Below are positions 1 through 7,724 of a stretch of DNA of 36,083 bases, piece after piece; position 1 is the stretch's first letter; each line of letters opens with the position of its first letter. The notes under the pieces were generated by a model, which searched no databases, was not told the DNA's origin, and saw nothing but the letters and a program-made list of their open reading frames with translations. The position numbers and the translations under genes were made by a program. Source of the DNA: Candidatus Yanofskybacteria bacterium RIFCSPHIGHO2_01_FULL_44_17 (lineage in GTDB: Bacteria > Patescibacteriota > Minisyncoccia > 2-02-FULL-40-12 > IGHO2-01-FULL-4-A); assembly GCA_001794195.1 (NCBI GenBank), contig MGJI01000009.1, positions 8,010 through 44,092 of the forward strand. Reading direction: 5' to 3'.

Positions 1-38
1 TGCCGGAAAGAAAACAAAAATTAGTCAGGGCTCGGGAT

Positions 39-536
39 ATGAGTTCAGAACATCAGAGAGTGGGGGTTTTTGTTGACGCTCAGAACATGTACCACTCTGC
101 CAAGAATCTCTATAAGGCCAAAGTTAATTTCAAAAAAATTCTGGAAACTGCGGTCGGTGACAGGCGTTTAATACGCGCCTTTATTTATGTCATTAGGACT
201 GAGGGCGGGGAAGAAAAAGCATTTGTCGAGGCCCTGGAAAAGGGGGGCTATGAAATAAAGGAGAAGGACCTCCAGATTTTTGCCGGAGGCATGAAAAAGG
301 CCGATTGGGACGTTGGTATGGCCATGGATGCCGTCATATTGGCCGACAAGATAGATGTAGCGGTTCTTGTAACCGGTGACGGTGATTTTGTGCCTCTGGT
401 TGAATACCTTCGCATTTCCCGGGGCCTTAAGGTTGAAGCCATTTCCTTTGGCCGCAGTACATCAGCGAAACTCAAAGAAGCTGTTGATGTATTCTTAGAT
501 CTAGGTTCTGACCCTAAGAAGTTTTTGATTTATTAA
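39..536 (+). CDS. NYN-domain (LabA/DUF88-like, PIN-fold) protein
   Basis: 165-aa ORF with ATG start. It has N-terminal VGVFVDAQNMYH and a later LVTGDGDFVPLVEYL acidic cluster, the pattern of NYN/LabA-type predicted RNases. Confidence 0.75.
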   Translation: MSSEHQRVGVFVDAQNMYHSAKNLYKAKVNFKKILETAVGDRRLIRAFIYVIRTEGGEEKAFVEALEKGGYEIKEKDLQIFAGGMKKADWDVGMAMDAVILADKIDVAVLVTGDGDFVPLVEYLRISRGLKVEAISFGRSTSAKLKEAVDVFLDLGSDPKKFLIY

Positions 537-666
537 TCAGAAATTTTATCTTGTGAGTTTATGCAAATTTCATCAGTGGTCATGACTCTAGCTAGCGACC
601 ACAAGAAGTTGAGGTGGATAAGTAAGGTCGCCCCCCCCCGCTTATTTGTCTATAATAAATAAACGT

Positions 667-2469
667 ATGCAACAATTAAATAATAATTTGGGTTATGAGG
701 CGGGTGGGGCATCCTCACCGAATCAACAAAAAAAGAAAATAATTATTGCCGCCTTGCTAGCTGCGACAGCGCTGTTAACGGGAATTTATTTATATTTTAA
801 AATTGACTGGCCATTACGACTAGGAGCCGCACCAACTCCTGCCGCAAAAACTGCTCAATTACTCTCAGATGCTGAGCTTAAGACCTTACCTTCGGCTGCG
901 TTAGGTATCAATATAAGCAATTTGTCTGTGCAAACTTATCGTAATCAGAGTGCGGGTTCAAGCAGTTCGCTTATACAAGTAGCAAGGGCCGCGGATAATC
1001 TTTTATCGCGTGGCATTGTCTTTGAGCGTGGCCCGCGCCCCAGGGAAATTTTCCTATACGATCTCCCGTCTCAAAATGAAAAAAGATTAACGAATGATTT
1101 GTTTGACGACTATAACCCTACGCTAGGTGGCGAGGGCCAGCTCGTTTATTTCTCAGTTGCGGGCAACACCGAAGGAACTCGTAGCCGCCCCTTAATTCAG
1201 GCAAAGCAAAAAGACATTGATACCGGTAGCCCCAAAAATCTTACGGAAGGAGAATCTTTGTCTTGGCGGCCGTTTATTTCTCCAAGCGGCAAGAAAGCGG
1301 CAATTATAGACGGTTTTAATTCTTTCAGCGTAGCAGATCTCCAAGCGGGTTCTGCGCGACAATATCTCGTAACATCACCAAGCAGCAGCGGCTCTGGTAT
1401 GGGAGCGCTATTTTGGTCAGGAGACGAATCAAAAATTATTTTCCAAATGCTTGGAAGCAAGCAGATCAATGGTAAATACAATATGTCAGTTGCGGAAATA
1501 GATCTTGATCAGGGAAAAGTCAGCTTCTTGGCAGATACCGAAGACGAAGAAGTGCTACCGCAATATCTGCCAGATAATAGAGTCTCGTATCTCGGCAAAA
1601 GCGAGAATCAGGGGCAGGCACAGTTTTTCAGAGCGCTCACCATTCTTGACCGCTCCTCGAATATCTACAAGACGTTTGATTTATCACCAAGCGTAAAAGG
1701 GGGCTATCTTTGGTCAGAGGATTTTAATCGCGCATACTTTATAGACAAGGATGGCCTTGTGAACGTTCTCAATATAAATACGGGTGAGCAGTTTGTTGTT
1801 TCTGCAGCAGGAGCTTTTGACGGTATTTTGGGCTGGGGCGCTTATGCGGAAACAATCTTACTTTATAAAGAAGCTCTGGGTAGAAGCTTTCCGTGCTATG
1901 AGATATTCTTCGCATATAATATAAGCAATAATAACCCACCATTAAAACTTTTTGAAACTTGTCCGGTCATAGAACAGACCGCTGCACCGAGCCCAACGGC
2001 AACCGGTAGCCAAAGAAGCCCTCAGGCGTCTGCTATGCCGGAAGTTGAGACGACTAGTTGGCGAACGTATACTAGTATGAAATATGGATTTGAATTTAAA
2101 TATCCGACGGCCTGGGTAGTCTATGCCGATAGAGACGAGGGCCAGATACATATTATTCAGATAGTTAGTCCGGATGATAAAAACACTGATCCCTACGGAA
2201 CTACTTTCCCGGGGCCCATTTTAGAGATTCGCATTCCAGGCGATAATAACTCCGGATCTACCTTGACGATTTCTGGAGTACAGGTAAATGATACCGGATG
2301 GCAAAGATCAGGTATGGGCGGAACGTTGGCCAGACAAATCCTGTTTTTTGCTAATCCTAAAGTGTCTGCATATTTTAGAACTGCCATATCGGGCCAAGAT
2401 GAAAGTTATGAAAAAACAATCTTTAATCAAATTATCTCTACTTTCAAATTCACTAATCCACTTTTCTAA
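667..2469 (+). CDS. Membrane-anchored protein with TolB/PD40-like beta-propeller repeats and an unknown C-terminal domain
   Basis: Long ORF. The track starts at TTG 646, but the first ATG (667) gives a charged N-terminus followed by one TM helix (IIIAALLAATALLTGIYLYF). PD40-like repeats such as YNPTLGGEGQLVYFS and FISPSGKKAAII are present. A strong terminator follows. Confidence 0.6.
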   Translation: MQQLNNNLGYEAGGASSPNQQKKKIIIAALLAATALLTGIYLYFKIDWPLRLGAAPTPAAKTAQLLSDAELKTLPSAALGINISNLSVQTYRNQSAGSSSSLIQVARAADNLLSRGIVFERGPRPREIFLYDLPSQNEKRLTNDLFDDYNPTLGGEGQLVYFSVAGNTEGTRSRPLIQAKQKDIDTGSPKNLTEGESLSWRPFISPSGKKAAIIDGFNSFSVADLQAGSARQYLVTSPSSSGSGMGALFWSGDESKIIFQMLGSKQINGKYNMSVAEIDLDQGKVSFLADTEDEEVLPQYLPDNRVSYLGKSENQGQAQFFRALTILDRSSNIYKTFDLSPSVKGGYLWSEDFNRAYFIDKDGLVNVLNINTGEQFVVSAAGAFDGILGWGAYAETILLYKEALGRSFPCYEIFFAYNISNNNPPLKLFETCPVIEQTAAPSPTATGSQRSPQASAMPEVETTSWRTYTSMKYGFEFKYPTAWVVYADRDEGQIHIIQIVSPDDKNTDPYGTTFPGPILEIRIPGDNNSGSTLTISGVQVNDTGWQRSGMGGTLARQILFFANPKVSAYFRTAISGQDESYEKTIFNQIISTFKFTNPLF

Positions 2470-2479
2470 CCAACCCTTA

Positions 2480-2513
2480 CCAGCCCCGACGATACCGTCG
2501 GGGCTGGTTTTTT
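2480..2513 (+). terminator. Rho-independent terminator
   Basis: A 12-bp perfect GC-rich stem, ccagccccgacg / cgtcggggctgg (2480-2491 / 2496-2507), has a 4-nt loop and is followed by a T6 run. Confidence 0.85.
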
Positions 2514-2592
2514 AAAAGCTTTTATATTAAATTCTCATCAGTCTGGGCAGACCCTTTTTGATTTATTAAGGTCATTGTGATAAGTTTGTAAT

Positions 2593-2958
2593 GTGCCAAC
2601 AAAAACTGATAAAAATGAATATGCAACAAGGGGCGACCTGAGAGAATTACGCCAAGAGATTAATGAGGATATGAGGGTTCATGTGGGTGTTTTGTATGAG
2701 AAATTCGAGAACGAAGTTAAGGTTGTGGCCGAATCGCATCAAGACATAGATAGAAAAGTTGATAAGTTGGATTTTGGGGTGGGTACGCTAACTGATGAGG
2801 TTGGTAAACTTAATAATAAAATGGACATGGTGGTTGAAACCATCGGCGAGATAAAAACAGACATTTCGGAAATCAAGAATGATCTAAAAAATAAGACAGA
2901 CATCAAGGATCATAAAATATTGGAAAAACGGGTTTCGGTTCTTGAAGCAACCGCATAA
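2593..2958 (+). CDS. Hypothetical coiled-coil protein
   Basis: 121-aa ORF with a GTG start and no obvious SD. The sequence is highly charged with heptad-like periodicity (DISEIKNDLKNKTDIKDHKILEKRV). The start is uncertain; the first in-frame ATG is at 2671. Confidence 0.45.
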   Translation: MPTKTDKNEYATRGDLRELRQEINEDMRVHVGVLYEKFENEVKVVAESHQDIDRKVDKLDFGVGTLTDEVGKLNNKMDMVVETIGEIKTDISEIKNDLKNKTDIKDHKILEKRVSVLEATA

Positions 2959-3014
2959 AAAGTAATTTAACAGACAGGAACAGACAGCGAGGAATTAAAA
3001 AGAGGAATGGGGCG

Positions 3015-3050
3015 CAGGCCACAATTTTCGTAAACGAAAATTGTGGCCTG
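3015..3050 (+). promoter_or_regulatory. Perfect 16-bp hairpin in the pnp leader
   Basis: caggccacaattttcg-taaa-cgaaaattgtggcctg. No U-tract follows. It lies about 60 nt upstream of the pnp ATG. Confidence 0.5.
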
Positions 3051-3111
3051 AATCTCTACCGCCGAATAGGCGGAGTACATTACTCGCTACCCTCCTTTTT
3101 GTTTTTTTGTT

Positions 3112-5244
3112 ATGGAAGTTAAGAAATATGAGCACGAGTTCGCGGGTAAACCGCTACTCATTGAGATCGGCAAATTAGCCGGTCAGGCTAACGGCTCTTG
3201 CCGTATTCAATATGGGGAGACAACTGTATTGGTGACGGCTACAATGTCTGCCCATACCAAGGCCGGTGACTACTTCCCCCTCACTCTGGACTACGAAGAG
3301 AAGTATTACGCCGCCGGTAAAATTAAGGGCTCTAAATGGGTCAAACGCGAAACCAGACCTTCGGAGGAGGCTATTTTGGCTGCTCGCTTGATAGATCGCT
3401 CGCTGCGCCCACGATTCAACCACAATATCAGAAACGAGGTTCAAGTTGTGGCTTCAATTTTGTCATTTGACGGTATCAACGATCCGGATATTCCGGCCCT
3501 TTTCGGCGCCTCTCTTGCTCTGATGATATCGGATATCCCGTTTAACGGTCCGGTTGCCGCTTGCCGAGTCGGCAGAGTGGCTGCGTCCTCCGAAGCCTCC
3601 GGCGAAGGCAGGAACGGCAAGCTGGTATTTAATCCAACTTATCAGGAGCGACCGTTAAGCGATTTCGATATTGTAGTTGCCGGCACGGAAAACAAGATAA
3701 ACATGATAGAAACCGGCGCTAAAATCGTGCCGGAGAAAGATATTGTTGATGCGGTAGCTAAAGGTTTCAAAGAATTCCAAGAACTTATAAAATTGCAGAA
3801 AAAAATTGCACAAGAAGTCGGCAAAAAGAAGAAAGAACTTTCCGTATTTACTCATGATGAACCGCTGGCCCTATTGGTGAGGGGCTTTGCGGAATCTAAG
3901 CTGGAAAAGGCTCTTTATGCTCCAGGCAAAGGCAAGTCGGAATTTTATGAAGGCCTCGGTCAAATAAAGGCCGAGCTTATGGGCCATATCAAAGAGCAGT
4001 TTAACGAACACCCCGAACTGATGAAAAAACTCAACGAGGCCGGTGAAATTTTTGAAGAAGAAATAGACCGTATCGTCCATCGCAATATACTCAATGAGGA
4101 AAAGCGTCCCGATGGCCGAAAAACCGACCAGTTGCGTGATATTAGCGCTGAGGTTGGCATAATCCCCCACTCTCACGGCACGGGCCTGTTTAACCGTGGC
4201 ACTACACAAGCTCTGTCCAGTTTAACACTGGCAGCACCGGGCATGGAACAATGGGTTGAAACGATGGAAATCGAACTTACAAAGAAACGCTTCATGCATC
4301 ACTATGTATTCCCGCCGTTCAGTGTCGGTGAGGTTGGCCGCATGGGCGGAGCTGGCCGTCGAGAGATCGGCCATGGTGCGTTAGCTGAGCGCGCACTGGA
4401 ACCGATAATACCCAGCAAAGAAGAGTTTCCATACACAATTAGGGTAGTTTCTGAGATTCTTTCGTCCAACGGCTCATCTTCAATGGCTTCAGTTTGCGGT
4501 TCGACTCTTGCCATGATGGACGGCGGCGTACCGATTAAATCGCCGGCCGCGGGAATCGCTATGGGTCTGATGTTTGATGAAAAAGGAGAAAAATACAAAG
4601 TTCTAACGGACATACAAGGTCCGGAAGATCACCATGGCGACATGGACCTAAAAGTAGCAGGCACGCGCGAGGGAGTTACAGCGATGCAGATGGACGTTAA
4701 GGTTGAGGGTATTGATGAAAAAATACTTGAGAAAGCACTGGAGCAAGCCAAGAAAGCGAGGCTGGAAATCTTAGATCATATGGCCAAAGCCATAGAGTCT
4801 CCGCGATCTGATCTGTCAAAATTTGCTCCGCGCGTTAAAACAATTAAAATTGACCCTGATAAAATCCGCATGGTTATAGGTCCTCAAGGCAAGGTTATTA
4901 ACGAAATAATTGAGAGAACAGGCGTTGACATAGACATAGAACAAGACGGCTCCGTATTCATAACTTCGGACAGTCCGGAGGGTATGGAAAAGGCAATCAA
5001 GTGGATTGAAATGATAACTTACGAAGCCAAGCCAGGCGATGAATTTGACGGCAAGGTCACGAGACTTATGGATTTTGGCGCCTTTGTCGAATTTTTACCA
5101 GGACAAGAGGGGCTTGTCCATGTTTCAGAAATTTCCAGTGACCACGTCCGCCGACCGGCTGACGTCCTCAAAATGGGCCAAAGCGTCCATGTTACGATAA
5201 AGAATATAGACGAGATGGGAAGGGTTAATTTGACGATGAGATAG
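3112..5244 (+). CDS. pnp: Polynucleotide phosphorylase (polyribonucleotide nucleotidyltransferase)
   Basis: 710 aa with two RNase PH-like cores (FPPFSVGEVGRMGGAGRREIGHGALAERAL; SNGSSSMASVCGSTLAMMDGGVPI; DHHGDMDLKVAGT). These are followed by a KH domain (MVIGPQGKVINEI) and an S1 domain (FGAFVEFLPGQEGLVHVSEI). Confidence 0.97.
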   Translation: MEVKKYEHEFAGKPLLIEIGKLAGQANGSCRIQYGETTVLVTATMSAHTKAGDYFPLTLDYEEKYYAAGKIKGSKWVKRETRPSEEAILAARLIDRSLRPRFNHNIRNEVQVVASILSFDGINDPDIPALFGASLALMISDIPFNGPVAACRVGRVAASSEASGEGRNGKLVFNPTYQERPLSDFDIVVAGTENKINMIETGAKIVPEKDIVDAVAKGFKEFQELIKLQKKIAQEVGKKKKELSVFTHDEPLALLVRGFAESKLEKALYAPGKGKSEFYEGLGQIKAELMGHIKEQFNEHPELMKKLNEAGEIFEEEIDRIVHRNILNEEKRPDGRKTDQLRDISAEVGIIPHSHGTGLFNRGTTQALSSLTLAAPGMEQWVETMEIELTKKRFMHHYVFPPFSVGEVGRMGGAGRREIGHGALAERALEPIIPSKEEFPYTIRVVSEILSSNGSSSMASVCGSTLAMMDGGVPIKSPAAGIAMGLMFDEKGEKYKVLTDIQGPEDHHGDMDLKVAGTREGVTAMQMDVKVEGIDEKILEKALEQAKKARLEILDHMAKAIESPRSDLSKFAPRVKTIKIDPDKIRMVIGPQGKVINEIIERTGVDIDIEQDGSVFITSDSPEGMEKAIKWIEMITYEAKPGDEFDGKVTRLMDFGAFVEFLPGQEGLVHVSEISSDHVRRPADVLKMGQSVHVTIKNIDEMGRVNLTMR

Positions 5245-5260
5245 ATCTTCGTCATTCGCA

Positions 5261-5292
5261 AAAATCACCCTGAATTTTCAGGGTGATTTTTG
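5261..5292 (+). terminator. Rho-independent terminator after pnp
   Basis: aaaatcaccctgaa / ttcagggtgatttt inverted repeat followed by a T-run. Confidence 0.85.
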
Positions 5293-5400
5293 CTAGAGCT
5301 AGGTCTTAACAATTTGGTAAGTAATAAAAAGCGCTATATCCGCGCCTCTTGTAGATAAACTTTTTTTAAAGTGTGGTAGAATTAGCTTAATGTAAAAATT

Positions 5401-5476
5401 GGGTGTTAGTTATTGGGTGCTAGGTTTTGGATTACTGAGTTTTTTCTAAAACCTATAGCCTAAAATCTAAAACCTG
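5401..5476 (+). repeat. GGTTTTAG / CTAAAAC-type interrupted inverted repeat in a 5' leader
   Basis: ctaggttttggatt (5420-5433) can pair with aatctaaaacctg (5464-5476). gtgttag and ctaaaacctatagcc units lie between them. The unit family matches the one at 19226-19317. Confidence 0.5.
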
Positions 5477-5485
5477 CTTCTAATA

Positions 5486-6913
5486 ATGGCAGATGAAATT
5501 AAACCGCAAGTTTCCGGGTCAATGGCTCCAATCGCACCAGCGCAATCTTTACCGCAAAAACCAAGTGGATCAAGTTTGCTGAGCCCGGATATTAAAACTC
5601 CGTCGAATCTGCTTACGCGGGAGGACCTCAGGCCACTTGGGTTAGTTTCGTCACAGCCCGCTAGACCGCCTGCTCCGCCAATTCCTTCTAGACCGCTAAC
5701 AAGACCGGCAACCCCACCCGCAGTAGTAAACATTCCTCCTAGGCCGGCCTTTATTCCGTCTGCCGCGTCTATGTCCAAGCCGATGCCGCCACTCCCTCCT
5801 GCTGGATCGCTAGCTAAGCCATCCATACCTGCTGTATCCACCACTCCTAGCCAACAGCCTATCTTCAAGTCTTCAATAAGAACGATGCAAGAAGATATTG
5901 CCGCCTTAAAGAAAGGCCAGACGCCAGTCGGTTTTCAAATCGAGAAGCAATCTGTTAAAGAGAGCGTCTCTATACAACAATCGGCTACGCCGGCGCCAAT
6001 TTTTAAACAGTCTCCATCCCCCCACGTTGAGTTGGGTAGACTAGAGAAATCAAGGCCCATGGAAGGAACGAGATTTTCAGTTCCATCTTCCCTAAAAATA
6101 CCTGGGATAAGCCCCACCAGTCCAAGTGTGCCTGAGCCATCAACCAATTCGCTTGGCGGGGGCGGGGGCATTAAACTGCCTAGCCTTGGTAGTATGAGTT
6201 CGAGGAAGTTATTATGGGGCGGAGCCAGTATTCTTATTGTAATTGTCGGCGTTCTCGTTTTTTTTGTAATGAGAGAGCCTTCTCCACCGGAAGTTACTTT
6301 TTCTCTAACTCCAATCTCGACTTCTACACCAACCCCCTCTAAGCCATATATTGAGGGTGTGTTCAGCCTATTTTCTAAGGTTAGCATTAGCGTAGACACC
6401 GATGTCTTCCAAACCTTGGTGTCGGCAACTAATGTTGAGGTTTTGAACGGAGGAGCGTCAGCGTTATACAAACTCAATGATCCGCAAAACACTCTTGACT
6501 ATACATTCAGTAGCTTTATGTCTAGTGCGCTAATAACCGTTCCAGAAGAGGTAAAAACATTTATTAATGAAAATGACTTTTATTTATCGCTTAAACAAAA
6601 AGCCCCCGGCAAGTACAGTGGCGGGATTATCGTTAAGCTCTCTAGTGATGTTGGTCTGAGCCAGGCAATGAGCCGCTGGGAAACAAATATCCCAAGTTCT
6701 TTTGCTGCGCTACTCGGTTTAAATACAGCAGAGGCCGCATCTATAGAGTTTTTGGACAATACATATCAGGGTCTTTCAATTAGATATAAGAACTTTCCCG
6801 ACCCGCTTAAAACAATAGACTATGCTATTGTTTCGGGCGTCCATGGCGATAAATATTTGGTAATTGCAGACTCAAGAGAGCATATCTACTCAATAATTGA
6901 CACCATAAGGTAG
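5486..6913 (+). CDS. Proline-rich single-pass membrane protein, hypothetical
   Basis: 475 aa. The N-terminal ~240 aa are Pro/Ser-rich low complexity. One TM helix follows (ILIVIVGVLVFFVM), then a C-terminal globular region. The antisense Gly-rich ORFs are mirror artefacts. Confidence 0.6.
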   Translation: MADEIKPQVSGSMAPIAPAQSLPQKPSGSSLLSPDIKTPSNLLTREDLRPLGLVSSQPARPPAPPIPSRPLTRPATPPAVVNIPPRPAFIPSAASMSKPMPPLPPAGSLAKPSIPAVSTTPSQQPIFKSSIRTMQEDIAALKKGQTPVGFQIEKQSVKESVSIQQSATPAPIFKQSPSPHVELGRLEKSRPMEGTRFSVPSSLKIPGISPTSPSVPEPSTNSLGGGGGIKLPSLGSMSSRKLLWGGASILIVIVGVLVFFVMREPSPPEVTFSLTPISTSTPTPSKPYIEGVFSLFSKVSISVDTDVFQTLVSATNVEVLNGGASALYKLNDPQNTLDYTFSSFMSSALITVPEEVKTFINENDFYLSLKQKAPGKYSGGIIVKLSSDVGLSQAMSRWETNIPSSFAALLGLNTAEAASIEFLDNTYQGLSIRYKNFPDPLKTIDYAIVSGVHGDKYLVIADSREHIYSIIDTIR

Positions 6914-7161
6914 TTAATAACACAATGGTGTCGGCACTCCTGTCATCATCTCCGACACCATTGCCATGATGACAAGATATCCACAGTTTGAGCTTGCCAT
7001 CTTTTTTCCCTACGGTATACTTAAGTTAGTTCTCTTAATGCTGACTGTTCCGATGTAATGGAACGGTTGGCAATTTTTCCACCCTAGCCCTCGGGCTTGG
7101 TAAGCGGGCGTCAGCCTCTAAGCAACACTTGTTTTGGGCCACGATGCCCGTCTTTTTTTAC

Positions 7162-7191
7162 TTGCAATCAGGTTTTATTTCGTGCTATACT
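7162..7191 (+). promoter_or_regulatory. Putative sigma-70-type promoter upstream of the DksA/TraR gene
   Basis: TTGCAA - 18 nt - TATACT, about 65 nt upstream of ATG 7256. Confidence 0.4.
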
Positions 7192-7255
7192 TTTTAATTA
7201 AACTTTGTTTGCTAATTATAAGTTGTAATTTTATAAAGCGCTTACATGTTTTTAT

Positions 7256-7630
7256 ATGACACCTCAAGAATTAAAAAACCTAAGAGAATCTCTTGTTACC
7301 GAGATGGGCAGCCTAGAAAATCAGTTAGGAGAATTTACCAGTGAGAACCCCATAATTAAAGGTGACAGACGTTCCCACTTTCACGAGACTGACCCTTCTG
7401 ATTCTCCCTCAGATAAGGCGCATAGCGTTACGGAATTTGAAGAGGAACGCGCGGTTGAGCAAAATTTAGAGTTACGGCTACGCCAAATAAGGGGCACTAT
7501 TAAAAAAATAGACGATGGGACTTATGGTGTTTGTGAAAATTGTGTTTTGCCCATAGACGCCAGAAGACTCCAGGTAGTATCGGTTGCCAGGCTTTGCGTG
7601 GACTGCTCCAAAAAGATACGGTTAGCCTGA
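7256..7630 (+). CDS. DksA/TraR-family C4-type zinc-finger protein
   Basis: 124 aa with a coiled-coil N-terminal half and a C-terminal CENCVLPIDARRLQVVSVARLCVDC (CxxC-x17-CxxC) motif. Confidence 0.8.
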   Translation: MTPQELKNLRESLVTEMGSLENQLGEFTSENPIIKGDRRSHFHETDPSDSPSDKAHSVTEFEEERAVEQNLELRLRQIRGTIKKIDDGTYGVCENCVLPIDARRLQVVSVARLCVDCSKKIRLA

Positions 7631-7724
7631 CATTTGCTTTTTTATTCAAAATAAAGATATCGTATAGGCGCCACGAGTAAGGCTAGAAAGATTAGATGGC
7701 TGGAGGGCTTCTAATCCCCCTAAG

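Noticed and set aside
646-666. Track start codons TTG 646, TTG 12576, TTG 30997, TTG 14110, TTG 32373 and ATG 21460
   Set aside because: In each case a downstream ATG has better context: an SD, a sensible N-terminus, or avoidance of a terminator, a promoter box or a neighbouring gene. The coordinates were adjusted in the feature list.
5467-5868. 133-aa Gly-rich ORF on the minus strand (also 5935-6492)
   Set aside because: It is the antisense mirror of the Pro-rich (CCN) coding region of 5486-6913. It is low complexity with no start context.
7020-7160. SRP RNA, tmRNA or RNase P RNA in the long spacers (also 10685-11193)
   Set aside because: I found no tRNA-like 3' end, no GAGGAAAGUCC-type P4 motif and no SRP helix-8 motif on either strand.
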